Sequence record: DRR723986_19984
Length of the DNA: 38,499 bases
Direction: 5' to 3' (one strand)
The notes beneath the pieces were generated by a model that ran no database searches, was not told the DNA's origin, and saw only the letters and a program-made list of their open reading frames with translations. Positions 9,694 through 19,496 of the stretch are shown here, one piece after another. Within the stretch, counting starts at the first letter, position 1. Every line of letters begins with the position of its first letter. Position numbers and translations under genes: made by a program.

Positions 9694-10593
9694 CTAAGCA
9701 AATAAGTTAATCAGATTCTTCTTAAAATAGGTAGCACTTTCTTTTACGCTTTGAATAGGGTTTTGCGCGAAATTCCCTCCTTGCTCAATGTAGTAGTATT
9801 CCATTCCGGAGAGGCTAGCAGCTGGGAGAATTTTGGTGTAATCAATTGATCCATTCCCCATTTCGGTATAGTCTCTCGAAACTTTATCCATGTCTTTGAT
9901 ATGCCACATGACAAATCTTCCTGGCGCTTTCATGAAAAGTTCATGGGCAGTTAGTGGAGAGCTGTGTGCGACCCAATACAGGTCGATCTGAAGTTTGACT
10001 AGCTCTGGATCTGTATTTTGCAAAATGATGTCATACCCTATTTCACCGTTATGGTCAATAAACTCAAAATCATGATTATGATAGGCAAAGCCAAGTCCGG
10101 CTTTGTTCACTCTTTCTCCAATCAAATTCAGCTTATCAGCTAAGATCTTGAATTTTTCAATGGAGCGGGACTCTGGATCTAGCCATGGCCAGGTAATATA
10201 CTTTTGATTTAGCGCATGAGCTCCTTCTATGCTTTGATCTGTATATTTCATTAAGTCCTCGGATGACCCGTTGAAATACTTGATAAAATCGTAGTGACCA
10301 GAGGTGCTTACCAGAGAATTATCTTCCAAAACCTTCTTGAAATCAGTAGCCGGCATTCCATAGAATTCCTGTTTTTCACCATCATAACCATAAGTTTCGG
10401 TATCCTGATAGCCAAATCCAGCAATTGTTTTTAAAGCTAGTTTTGGATCTTCTGCCATGGGAGCTCTGATCGTAAAAAGCTGAAGTCCCATTTTGTAATC
10501 TTTAGCCTTCGGGGAATTGAATCCAGCTAGTCCAAAACTTGCAGCAGATACGGCAAGTCCGGTTTGCTTTATGAAATCACGGCGGTTAATCAT
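9694..10593 (-). CDS. Tat-exported sugar phosphate isomerase/epimerase (xylose isomerase-like TIM barrel)
   Basis: Twin-arginine NRRDFIK, GLQLFTIR, YHNHDFEF, DLYW, HIKD, G.GSIDY and IEQ motifs. Confidence 0.9.
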   Translation of the reverse strand: MINRRDFIKQTGLAVSAASFGLAGFNSPKAKDYKMGLQLFTIRAPMAEDPKLALKTIAGFGYQDTETYGYDGEKQEFYGMPATDFKKVLEDNSLVSTSGHYDFIKYFNGSSEDLMKYTDQSIEGAHALNQKYITWPWLDPESRSIEKFKILADKLNLIGERVNKAGLGFAYHNHDFEFIDHNGEIGYDIILQNTDPELVKLQIDLYWVAHSSPLTAHELFMKAPGRFVMWHIKDMDKVSRDYTEMGNGSIDYTKILPAASLSGMEYYYIEQGGNFAQNPIQSVKESATYFKKNLINLFA

Positions 10594-10642
10594 TGAATGA
10601 GAATATTAGGTTTATTGGTGAAAAACTAAGTAGGAAGATAGG

Positions 10643-11467
10643 CTATTTTGCTTGCTCAAAATAGTTATGAAAAAATAGCAATTGGTATTGCACTGCATCC
10701 GCCCAATATTCCCAGGTATGGCCTCCAGGACCTGTGGTAAATGTATGGGGGATATTATTATAGGCTAGTTTTTCGTGGAGCTTTACATTGACATCGTAAA
10801 AGAAATCTTCTGTACCACAGCTGATGATTAATTTTAATTTGTTTGGAATCAGACGATTGCTTTGGTACATCACAGAATATTCTTCCCAGCGCTCAGGGTT
10901 TTCTGCTTTGGTTCCTAGGTATTTTTTCATTTCCCAGTTTTCTGGAAATGGGCTAATATCTACTCCTCCACTTAAGCTTCCGGCTGTTCCATAAGTGTCT
11001 TGATGACGAAAAGAAAGGTAAAGTGCACCATGACCTCCCATACTTAAACCCGTGATGGCCCGTCCTTCACGACTTGGAATTGTGCTATACTTTTGGTCAA
11101 TAAACTCAACTAATTCCTCGCTCACGTAAGTCTCATATTTTGAGTCTTCCACTTCTGGACTGTCCCAGTACCAGCTTCCAAAATTACCATCGGGCGTGAC
11201 GATAATCAGATCGTATAAATCTGCAAGGCTTTCTATTTGAGGGACTTTTTCGATCCAATTCTTATAGTTTCCTGAATAGCCATGAAGCAGGTAGACGACT
11301 GGATAATCTTTGGATTCGTTGTAATCTTTTGGCGTGATCACTACAGCTTTGATTTCTTTTTGCATGGAAGCACTGTAAGTCGCGACGGTGTCTACACTTG
11401 CCAGCGTAGTGAAGGAAAATAGAAAGAAAAAGGAAAAGACTAAATAGGGGGAATACTTAAATTTCAT
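10643..11467 (-). CDS. Secreted alpha/beta-hydrolase esterase (CE1-like)
   Basis: YPVVYLLHG, nucleophile elbow GLSMGG and GGHTWEYW. Start moved to ATG 11467 (MKFKYS...), which begins a signal peptide. Confidence 0.9.
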   Translation of the reverse strand: MKFKYSPYLVFSFFFLFSFTTLASVDTVATYSASMQKEIKAVVITPKDYNESKDYPVVYLLHGYSGNYKNWIEKVPQIESLADLYDLIIVTPDGNFGSWYWDSPEVEDSKYETYVSEELVEFIDQKYSTIPSREGRAITGLSMGGHGALYLSFRHQDTYGTAGSLSGGVDISPFPENWEMKKYLGTKAENPERWEEYSVMYQSNRLIPNKLKLIISCGTEDFFYDVNVKLHEKLAYNNIPHTFTTGPGGHTWEYWADAVQYQLLFFHNYFEQAK

Positions 11468-11594
11468 TAGGCAGTTAGGTTTACTATGTTTAGAGTAAAA
11501 ATGGTAAAGAATACTTGGAATTCTTTTATGCCTAGGTAAAAAACGCTTTTGAATCAAAATTCTGAGGCATCAGTACAGGTGTTTATTTTATGAT

Positions 11595-14500
11595 CTATTC
11601 TTCTATTGGCAAAAAGATCGCCATCTCGGTTCCTTCGCCTACCGTGCTTAGGACTCGAATTTCCCCTGCATGTGCCTTGACGATATCATAACTCAGAGAC
11701 AAGCCCAATCCTGTTCCTGATCCCGTCGGCTTGGTGGTAAAGAATGGTTGGAAGATTTTATCTTTCACGGAGTCTGGGATTCCATTACCATTGTCTTTTA
11801 CAGAAAGTTCTACCCCGTTTAGAGATCTTTTGGTAGAGACTAATACCTCAGGGCGAAAATCATTATCTGCACCTCGGCTTCGCTCAGCACAGGCATAGAA
11901 AGCGTTGTTTACCAAATTCAGAATGACTCTGCCAATATCCTTCCCAATGATATTTACCTTTGGGAGCTGAGGATCTAGTTCCAGCTTAAAGTCTGAATTA
12001 AAACTTTTGTCTTTGGCTCGGATACCATGGTAGGAAAGCCTTAGGAATTCATCTGCAAGGGCATTGATATCGGTCAGGGTCTTTTCTCCTGAACTTGATC
12101 GACTATGCTCCAGCATGCCTTTGACGATGGAGTCAGCTCGCTTGCCATGATGCTTGATTTTGATCAGATTTTCTTTGATATCAGCAGAGAGCGCTTTCAC
12201 TTCTTCCATATCCCCCTTTTCTATTTCTTCTATCAGCTCGTCAAACATTTCACTGCTGACTTCCGAGAAGTTATTCACAAAATTCAATGGGTTCTGAATC
12301 TCGTGGGCGATGCCGGCTGTAAGTTCACCCAGCGAAGCCATCTTTTCGGATTGGATCAGCTGAGCTTGGGTGGCCTGAAGGTCCTTCAGGGTACGCTCCA
12401 GCCTTAGCTTTTCTTCGACAAGTTTTTTGCCTTGTTCTTCTTTTTGCTGCAAGTCAAGAAAACGGGTGTAGGTCAAGTCAAATACTTGTGCAAAGCGCTT
12501 GAAGATTTCTTCCTCTGCACAAGGCACTGCGGTAATGATGACCAAATACCCTGTTTTAAAATAGGCTGCATGCAACTTTTGCCAAGTTGGTCGCTCGATG
12601 CCTTTTTCGTCCATCTCATCAAAGACCTTCTTCGCGATCGGCAAACTTACCAGCCAATTGTAATGCTCAGAGAGTGCATCTCCTTCCAAAACAACAGAGC
12701 GTAAAGCTTCACCTTTTTGCCATCCTTCATATAAGGAAGCATGTGCAAAATCACCTACGTTTGGTAGGAAAAAACCTCGAGTGAAACCGGTATCCATACT
12801 TAGCCACCACTCGTCTTCCTTGCGATTTTCTTCACATAGGACAAAACCGCAGGTCCAGAGATTGGACACTAATCCATTCATCTCGTTGAATAAGATAGTT
12901 GCCACATCTCCAAGCTCCTCGGATTGCTGCATACCCATAGTTCTGGATCGCACGCGTTCTAATGCTGTTTCGATTTGAGATTCTTTGGCTCTCGCTTCTG
13001 CTTTTTTTAGATCTAGAAAACGAGTATAGGTTTGGTTGAAAACCTTGGTAAACCTTTGGAAAATAGCATGTGCTCCTGGTACCCGCTCGTAGGTAATAAA
13101 CAATAGAAATCCTTGGTCGAATTTGGCCAAGTGATTAACCTGGAAAGTAGGAAGTGAAATACCGGCCGCATCAAATTGGGCAAAAACGGATTTCAAATCT
13201 GGCAATTCCCCCAAGTAACGATAATGCTCCACTAAGTCTTCACCACCCTGCTCATATACAAATAAGTCTTCACCTTTAATGATGGCCTCATACCACGGCT
13301 GTAAACTAATATGTTCTGTCAGTGGAAGTCTAAATGATGGTTGTACTTCATTTTCACTGCTCATCCAGCACAAAGAGGATTTTTTGTCATCAGAGAGAAT
13401 ATTGTATCCGCAGCTCCATGCTGGAATTCCCAATTTTCTAACTTCATTGAAAAGCACATGAGCGGCATCAGGCAATTCATTACTATGCTGCATTCCCATG
13501 GTTCTACTTCGTATTTTTTCTAAGGCTGCTTCAATTTGCGCTTCTCTTGCTTGTCTTTCTGCTTTTTGAAGATCCAAAAATCGCGTGTAGGTTTGCTCGA
13601 ACACGTTTGCGAAGCGTTGTAGAATCTTCTTGTCGGGATAAGGCTCTAAAGTGATAATCAACAGATAACCCTTGGAAAAATAAGCAGCATTCCATTCCTG
13701 GTTTTCAGGGAAAGAAAGGCCTTCATCAATGATTTTCTGGAAGAATGGTCGTACTTCTGAAAGGGATAGCATGTAATCGTAATGATCACTTAACGCCTTG
13801 CCGGATTTTTCGATAGACAGAAGTTCGAACTTCTCTTGCCAGCCTTGACGCATCTGCTTGTGCGCGGCATCTGTGGTGTTGGGAATAGCAACTGGGGGCA
13901 AGACTCCATTTTCATTTGCAAACCAAAACTCATCCTTTTCACTGTTTTCTTCACAAAGTCCAAAGCCGGTTCCCCAAAGGGTACCACCCAAGCTTCTAAG
14001 TTGCTCGAAGAGGATAAATGCCACATCTGCAAGTTCTTCGGATTTTTGCATTGCCATGGTTCGGGCACGCACCCGCTCCAGTGCCAGTTGGATCTCCGAT
14101 TCCCTGGCTTGGGCTTCGGCATTCTGGAGGTCTAGAAAGCGGGTGTAGGTTTGTTCAAAAACCTTGGAAAAGCGTTGGAAAATCTCATAGGCTTCTGGAA
14201 CTGGCTCATATGTAATAAAAAGAACATAGCCATACTTAAAGAAGGCAATATGATCGATTTGGTAATCCGGTAAAGCAATCCCCGATTCCTCCAAGGCTAT
14301 CAGTGAATCGCCAGCTATGGGAATGGTTTTTAAATAATCATAATGAGATCTACATTCTTCTCCTTCAAACTCCTTTACATAGAATTTTTCTCCACGCCTC
14401 CCCCTTTCATAAAAATCTAAAAAGAATTTCTCTCTTGGTGTTTTATAGAAAGGCAAGCCACCATTGGCACTGCTGAACCATTCGTAATCGCCGGCTTCAT

Positions 14501-15299
14501 CTTCTGCATAGACATGAAATGCACATCCCCATGTTTGAATGCCGAGGCTTCGCACCTGCTGATCTAATAAAATAGAAGCTTCTGCTAATTCCGAACTACT
14601 ATGCATTGCCATCGTCTTGGCCCTAATTCGCTCCAAGGCTAATTCAATCTCTGCTTTTCTGGCCTGGGTTTCCGCTTTTTGTATATCGCGGAATCGCTGA
14701 TATGCTAAGGTAAATACCTGATGGAATCGTTTGAAGAGGGCTATGCTTTCCTCCTCCAAAGATCCATAAAGGGTGATGCCAAGACCGCCTTCTCCAATTG
14801 ATAGAAAACAATATCCGAGCTCCACTGACTTTTCCAAAAGTGGATCGTCCAAATGTTTTTCCCGTTTGCGATGTGCGCGAAAATCAGCCAGGTCTTCACC
14901 TGACAAAGCTCCCAAAAAATGACTATCCCGTGTGGCAAGCATCTGATTGACCATTTGTTGCTCTACGGGGTTTTTGGGATATTCGGTACGTTCTATTACA
15001 TCCCGATTATAGCTAGGGAAATATTGGTAGCAGAGGTAAATCTCCTCTTCGGATTCTATTATCGCAGTTTGTAAGTTTCGAATTTGTCTGACACCCAGGA
15101 TAGTTAACTGAGTTGCAATAATCCTACATACCTGAAGCATGTCATCTGGGGTTTTCATACCCATAGCTACTATTCTGACTCTTTCTAATGAAGCCTCAAT
15201 CTGCAGCTCCTGATTTTTTCTCCGAAGCTCCGAGGTCCTTTGTTCCAATGCCTCTTGGAGTTGCTTGTTTTCTGCTTTTAGCGCTTCAGTGCTTTTCAT
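11595..15299 (-). CDS. Cytoplasmic sensor histidine kinase with five tandem ~185 aa putative GAF-like repeats
   Basis: C-terminal H-box AGIAHEIQNPLNF, N-box NLVNNA, DNGNG, FQPFFTTK and GTGLGL. No signal peptide or transmembrane helix visible. Repeated I..ALE.(V/I)R...TYTRFLDL units. Confidence 0.92.
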   Translation of the reverse strand: MKSTEALKAENKQLQEALEQRTSELRRKNQELQIEASLERVRIVAMGMKTPDDMLQVCRIIATQLTILGVRQIRNLQTAIIESEEEIYLCYQYFPSYNRDVIERTEYPKNPVEQQMVNQMLATRDSHFLGALSGEDLADFRAHRKREKHLDDPLLEKSVELGYCFLSIGEGGLGITLYGSLEEESIALFKRFHQVFTLAYQRFRDIQKAETQARKAEIELALERIRAKTMAMHSSSELAEASILLDQQVRSLGIQTWGCAFHVYAEDEAGDYEWFSSANGGLPFYKTPREKFFLDFYERGRRGEKFYVKEFEGEECRSHYDYLKTIPIAGDSLIALEESGIALPDYQIDHIAFFKYGYVLFITYEPVPEAYEIFQRFSKVFEQTYTRFLDLQNAEAQARESEIQLALERVRARTMAMQKSEELADVAFILFEQLRSLGGTLWGTGFGLCEENSEKDEFWFANENGVLPPVAIPNTTDAAHKQMRQGWQEKFELLSIEKSGKALSDHYDYMLSLSEVRPFFQKIIDEGLSFPENQEWNAAYFSKGYLLIITLEPYPDKKILQRFANVFEQTYTRFLDLQKAERQAREAQIEAALEKIRSRTMGMQHSNELPDAAHVLFNEVRKLGIPAWSCGYNILSDDKKSSLCWMSSENEVQPSFRLPLTEHISLQPWYEAIIKGEDLFVYEQGGEDLVEHYRYLGELPDLKSVFAQFDAAGISLPTFQVNHLAKFDQGFLLFITYERVPGAHAIFQRFTKVFNQTYTRFLDLKKAEARAKESQIETALERVRSRTMGMQQSEELGDVATILFNEMNGLVSNLWTCGFVLCEENRKEDEWWLSMDTGFTRGFFLPNVGDFAHASLYEGWQKGEALRSVVLEGDALSEHYNWLVSLPIAKKVFDEMDEKGIERPTWQKLHAAYFKTGYLVIITAVPCAEEEIFKRFAQVFDLTYTRFLDLQQKEEQGKKLVEEKLRLERTLKDLQATQAQLIQSEKMASLGELTAGIAHEIQNPLNFVNNFSEVSSEMFDELIEEIEKGDMEEVKALSADIKENLIKIKHHGKRADSIVKGMLEHSRSSSGEKTLTDINALADEFLRLSYHGIRAKDKSFNSDFKLELDPQLPKVNIIGKDIGRVILNLVNNAFYACAERSRGADNDFRPEVLVSTKRSLNGVELSVKDNGNGIPDSVKDKIFQPFFTTKPTGSGTGLGLSLSYDIVKAHAGEIRVLSTVGEGTEMAIFLPIEE
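11872..11894 (-). repeat. REP-like element in frame within the kinase CDS
   Basis: Minus strand GCCTGTGCTGAGCGAAGCCGAGG encodes ACAERSR(G). It resembles the GCTGAGCGAAGTCGAAG repeat I recall from Bacteroidetes genomes and has no counterpart in the adjacent paralogue. Confidence 0.6.
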
Positions 15300-15414
15300 G
15301 GGTTATACTTGACTTTCAAAGGACAAATGCCAGCTCGGCTAAGGTTTGCCGGAATGTAATCATATCCTTGTTTATCGGTTTTGAGATGCCTCTTTGCTAC
15401 AAGCAGACTCGATT

Positions 15415-18400
15415 TCATACTAATTGCTCTTTGATCGGTAAAAAGATGATCATCTCGGTACCTTCTCCTTCCTTACTTTTCACTCTTAGATCTCCGCCAT
15501 GAGCCTTGATGATATCGTAACTCATTGATAATCCAAGTCCAGTTCCACTTCCAGTAGGTTTGGTGGTAAAGAATGGTTGAAAAATCTTGTCTTTGATAGC
15601 TTTGGGGATTCCTTCTCCATTATCTTCCACAGCTATTTCTACTCCGCCTGTATTACCTGCGAGATCTACTAATCTGGACTTTACAATTACTTTTGGTTTG
15701 TACTCTCCCAGATCATTGTCCATGCTTTTCAGATTTTTTGACTTACTATCTACAGCATAGAAGGCGTTGTTTATCAGGTTCAGAATTACTCTTCCTATAT
15801 CCTGACTGACCACATCTACCTTAGGTAGGTCAGGGGCTAATTCTGTAGAGAAGTCAGCATTAAAGCTTTTATCTTTTGCCCTTAATCCGTGGTAGCTCAA
15901 CCTTAAAAATTCATCTGCAAGTGCATTGAGATTGGTAGGCTGTACATCACGTGCATTTGTTCGGCTGTGTTCTAACATTCCCTTCACTATGGAATCGGCT
16001 CGCTTTCCATGGTGGTTGATTTTACTCAGATTTTCCTTCAGATCATTGGATATCTCTATAGCCACCTGAGTGTTTCCTTGTGCAAATTCTTCTTGCATCT
16101 CATCGATCAATTCTACGCTGAGTTCGGAGAAGTTATTTACAAAATTGAGTGGATTCTGAATTTCATGAGCGATCCCAGCAGTAAGCTCACCCAGTGAAGC
16201 CATTTTTTCGGATTGGATCAATTGGGACTGAGTAGCCTTCAATTTGGTGTAGGCTTTCTCAATTTCTTTGGATTGGGCCACTTCCCGTTCCAAACTTTGA
16301 GATCGCTCTTTGACCCGAATTCTTCTTTTCAATTCTGAATACGCTACGAAGATCATTAGTCCAAGTCCGGCGAAATAAAGGGTATATGCCCACCAAGTTT
16401 TCCACCAAGGAGGGAGAATGGTAACCAGAAGCGAGGCCCCCTCTTCATTCCAGACACCATAGGCATTTGAAGCAATCACTTTAAAGGTATAAGTACCCGG
16501 TTCAAGATTGGTATACGAAGCAAAGTTTCTATTGTCATACACCCAATCCCCATCCAGTCCTTCCATCATGTGAGCATATTGATTTTTGGAAGGGTTTGCA
16601 TAATGGAGCGCTGCGAATTCAAAGCTTAAATCATTCTGATCATAGCTGAGGGTTATCGATTTTGTAGCGAGAAGATCATCATCCAGTGGCGATTCTTCCC
16701 CCAGATCGTATATAGATCGGTTAGAAATAGAAAGGTTTGAGATGATTACCGATGGCGGTACTTTATTAGATGCGATGGTAGAAAATGTGGTAAGGCCATG
16801 GTCTCCACCAAAATAAAAATTGCCGTTTGGTGTTTTTTCGGCAGCTAATGATATAAATACATCCCCGCCGATTCCATCATCTTCATTGTAATTTATAAAG
16901 GTTACTTTATTCAACGATTCATTTCGGATCATTTGGATCAGACCATTTCTGGAAGAAAGCCACATTTCACCGTTTTCTCCTGGAAGTATGGTTTCCAGAA
17001 AGTTTGTTGGCAACCCATCTTCTTCTGTGTATTTAGTGATTTCACCTGTGCCGGGATCCAAGATATTGATGCCTCCATAAGTTGCCATCCAGACTAATCC
17101 ATTTTCATCTTCAAATACATCATTGACTTGAATACTGCTTAAAGTAGTAGGGTCGAGTGGGTCACTACTGTAGTATTTTACTGCATTTGTTTCTGGATCT
17201 ATTTGCGTCAAGCCTGCATTTAGGCTCGCTACCCAAATGTATTTTTCTCCTATTTCTATGTCGGAGATATTTGGGTCTTGGATAATTACCTCGGCATTCT
17301 GCTCATTGATATTCACTACTTTTGCCTGGCTTTCTGCTTGGTTTTCTTGTTTAAAAAGAGCTACTCCATATAATGGAAGAAACTCTGGTTCAGGTGCATT
17401 CCAGCTATTATAGTGGTGGCTATCGTCGGAAGAATACCTCAATGAATAGGTGCCGGGTGAAAGTTCAAGTTGAGTAATTAGCATTCTGTTTTTCGGTGCA
17501 CCTCCCGCGAAATAACTGTCTCCAAACGATTCCATTCCAGCAATAGTCTCACCGGATGGATTCCTCAGCCAACCAAAATCAGCCATACTGGCCAAATCTC
17601 CTTCTCCGACAGTCACTAAGAAATAGGTGGCTTTTTCTGTGATTTCTACTTCTTGGGTGAGCTCTTTATTGTCAGTGACCTTATCTATGATGGCCAAGGC
17701 CATGTCGTTTTCCAACCAACCTTTCACTTTTGTGATGATCTCTTCAGAATAGGATTTGGCATACTGACTTACCATTTCCTTATAGGTTTCTGTTTTTGGA
17801 TCAAAAACGTCCAACCCTCCATTCGTCCCTATCCATAGTTTACCAGTTCTGTCTTCTCTGATAACACGTACTTGATTGTTGATAAGGCTATTTTTATCAT
17901 TTGGATCATTTTTGAAACGCTTGATTTCATTGTAATTTTTATCCATTTTAATCAGGCCATCACCCCAAGTTCCTACCCAAATGGTTCCATCTTTTTGCTC
18001 GTAAATAGAGCGAGCAGAACCTCCAAACATGTCCCGCTCTGATGAAAAGTCTACCTTTGTGATTGATTTATCTGAACTGTCAAAAATGTTAATTCCGTGA
18101 CCCCGAGTTCCAATAAATACTTTTCCAGGATTGATGGTGGAAGCATACAGTCCATAAACGCCTCCTGGGCTAATTGATTTTGGGTCATCTGCTTGGTTGC
18201 TATAAAACTTGAAAGGTTTGTTAATGGGATCGTATTTGAAAAGCCCATTGCTCAGAGAGCCAAACCAAATAATCCCACTAGAATCAATTAGCATTTTAGT
18301 AAAGCGATGAGTCCATCCGCCTGAATTGATTTTTCTATTGCCAGGAATAAGGACCTCCTGAAAAGAATCTGTATTCCCTTCAAACTTCAATACCCCTCTG

Positions 18401-19302
18401 AAATTATTTAAAACCCAAATATTACCATCCCGATCTTCATTGATAGAATTCAATGAGCTGTATACATCTTCGAGCGAATAGTCGTATTCGGTGATCATTT
18501 TCAGCTCTTCAGTAGCAAGGTTATACTTATGAATCTCGAGTCTACTTGTAATCCAAAGTATGCCGTCTTTGTCAAAATAGAGTGATGTAATCCCATTGAT
18601 GATAGAAGCAAAATCCACAAACTGGCCTAAATCAATGGGTTTAAATCCTCCGCCACCTTTCTGAAAATGCATTAATCCATAAGTAGTCGAGCCTGACCAA
18701 ATTCCGCCTTCCTTATCTTCAATTAGGGGAAAACTGAGACCAGATCTCTCCTGTTTAGTCCCTTCCAAATGCAGGTAAGGGGCCAAAACCCAAGTGTCAT
18801 TCTCAGGTGAAAACAACACAATTTCTTTAGCCGCTGTGGTAGCCCAAATTCTTCCTTGAGAATCAGCAAGTATATTGAATGCCCTCCCGGACCCTAGAGC
18901 TAAGTCAAAAATTTGCTCAAAATCATAATTGGTAAAAGTGTTATTGGACCTATCATATTTAGTAACTCCTTTGTCGCTTGCGATCCACAAATCATGATTT
19001 TTATCCTCTTCGATATCAAAAGTCACATTGTTTTGCAGCGTGTTAGGATTTCCAATCGTATTCCGAAAAGTCTTCCAAGTATAGCCATCGTAGCGCTGTA
19101 TCCCATTTCCCGTTGCCAACCATATCAAGCCATAGCTGTCTTGCATCACATCCATGACTTGTGGGGACGCAAGTCCATTGGAAATAGAGATTGTTTCTAA
19201 CTGAATTTCCTGAGCTTTTAACGGCAAAGCCAATAAGACAAAAAAGGAAAGTGTAAAAATCGTTATCGTTCTAACTATTGAACTTATCATGAAATTCTTC
19301 AT
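15415..19302 (-). CDS. Membrane sensor histidine kinase with beta-propeller (Reg_prop) and Y_Y_Y extracytoplasmic region; no receiver or AraC domain
   Basis: Signal peptide, repeated D..G.(I/L)W.GT..G(L/I) blades, YTNLEPGTYTFKV, PPWWKTWW plus a transmembrane helix, then HisKA and HATPase motifs. Confidence 0.93.
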   Translation of the reverse strand: MKNFMISSIVRTITIFTLSFFVLLALPLKAQEIQLETISISNGLASPQVMDVMQDSYGLIWLATGNGIQRYDGYTWKTFRNTIGNPNTLQNNVTFDIEEDKNHDLWIASDKGVTKYDRSNNTFTNYDFEQIFDLALGSGRAFNILADSQGRIWATTAAKEIVLFSPENDTWVLAPYLHLEGTKQERSGLSFPLIEDKEGGIWSGSTTYGLMHFQKGGGGFKPIDLGQFVDFASIINGITSLYFDKDGILWITSRLEIHKYNLATEELKMITEYDYSLEDVYSSLNSINEDRDGNIWVLNNFRGVLKFEGNTDSFQEVLIPGNRKINSGGWTHRFTKMLIDSSGIIWFGSLSNGLFKYDPINKPFKFYSNQADDPKSISPGGVYGLYASTINPGKVFIGTRGHGINIFDSSDKSITKVDFSSERDMFGGSARSIYEQKDGTIWVGTWGDGLIKMDKNYNEIKRFKNDPNDKNSLINNQVRVIREDRTGKLWIGTNGGLDVFDPKTETYKEMVSQYAKSYSEEIITKVKGWLENDMALAIIDKVTDNKELTQEVEITEKATYFLVTVGEGDLASMADFGWLRNPSGETIAGMESFGDSYFAGGAPKNRMLITQLELSPGTYSLRYSSDDSHHYNSWNAPEPEFLPLYGVALFKQENQAESQAKVVNINEQNAEVIIQDPNISDIEIGEKYIWVASLNAGLTQIDPETNAVKYYSSDPLDPTTLSSIQVNDVFEDENGLVWMATYGGINILDPGTGEITKYTEEDGLPTNFLETILPGENGEMWLSSRNGLIQMIRNESLNKVTFINYNEDDGIGGDVFISLAAEKTPNGNFYFGGDHGLTTFSTIASNKVPPSVIISNLSISNRSIYDLGEESPLDDDLLATKSITLSYDQNDLSFEFAALHYANPSKNQYAHMMEGLDGDWVYDNRNFASYTNLEPGTYTFKVIASNAYGVWNEEGASLLVTILPPWWKTWWAYTLYFAGLGLMIFVAYSELKRRIRVKERSQSLEREVAQSKEIEKAYTKLKATQSQLIQSEKMASLGELTAGIAHEIQNPLNFVNNFSELSVELIDEMQEEFAQGNTQVAIEISNDLKENLSKINHHGKRADSIVKGMLEHSRTNARDVQPTNLNALADEFLRLSYHGLRAKDKSFNADFSTELAPDLPKVDVVSQDIGRVILNLINNAFYAVDSKSKNLKSMDNDLGEYKPKVIVKSRLVDLAGNTGGVEIAVEDNGEGIPKAIKDKIFQPFFTTKPTGSGTGLGLSMSYDIIKAHGGDLRVKSKEGEGTEMIIFLPIKEQLV

Positions 19303-19496
19303 CTAATTAAAAATTTATGGGAGAGACACTAGACCTAGATCTTTAAGATTTTGCCTCAAGTTGGATTTTGAATAGAAATGAAAAACTTCTCGTGACATCT
19401 TAAATTAAAAGGTGAGGACCTTGTCTGATAAGTATAATTTGAGAAAAATCGATCTGCCAAAACTTTCATGCTTACTAAAAATATTACTATTCGAGT

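Noticed and set aside
9495-9701. 68 aa ORF and CATCCCAA/TTGGGATG inverted pair in the intergenic region
   Set aside because: TTG start, no motifs, and an 8 bp inverted match is within chance expectation.
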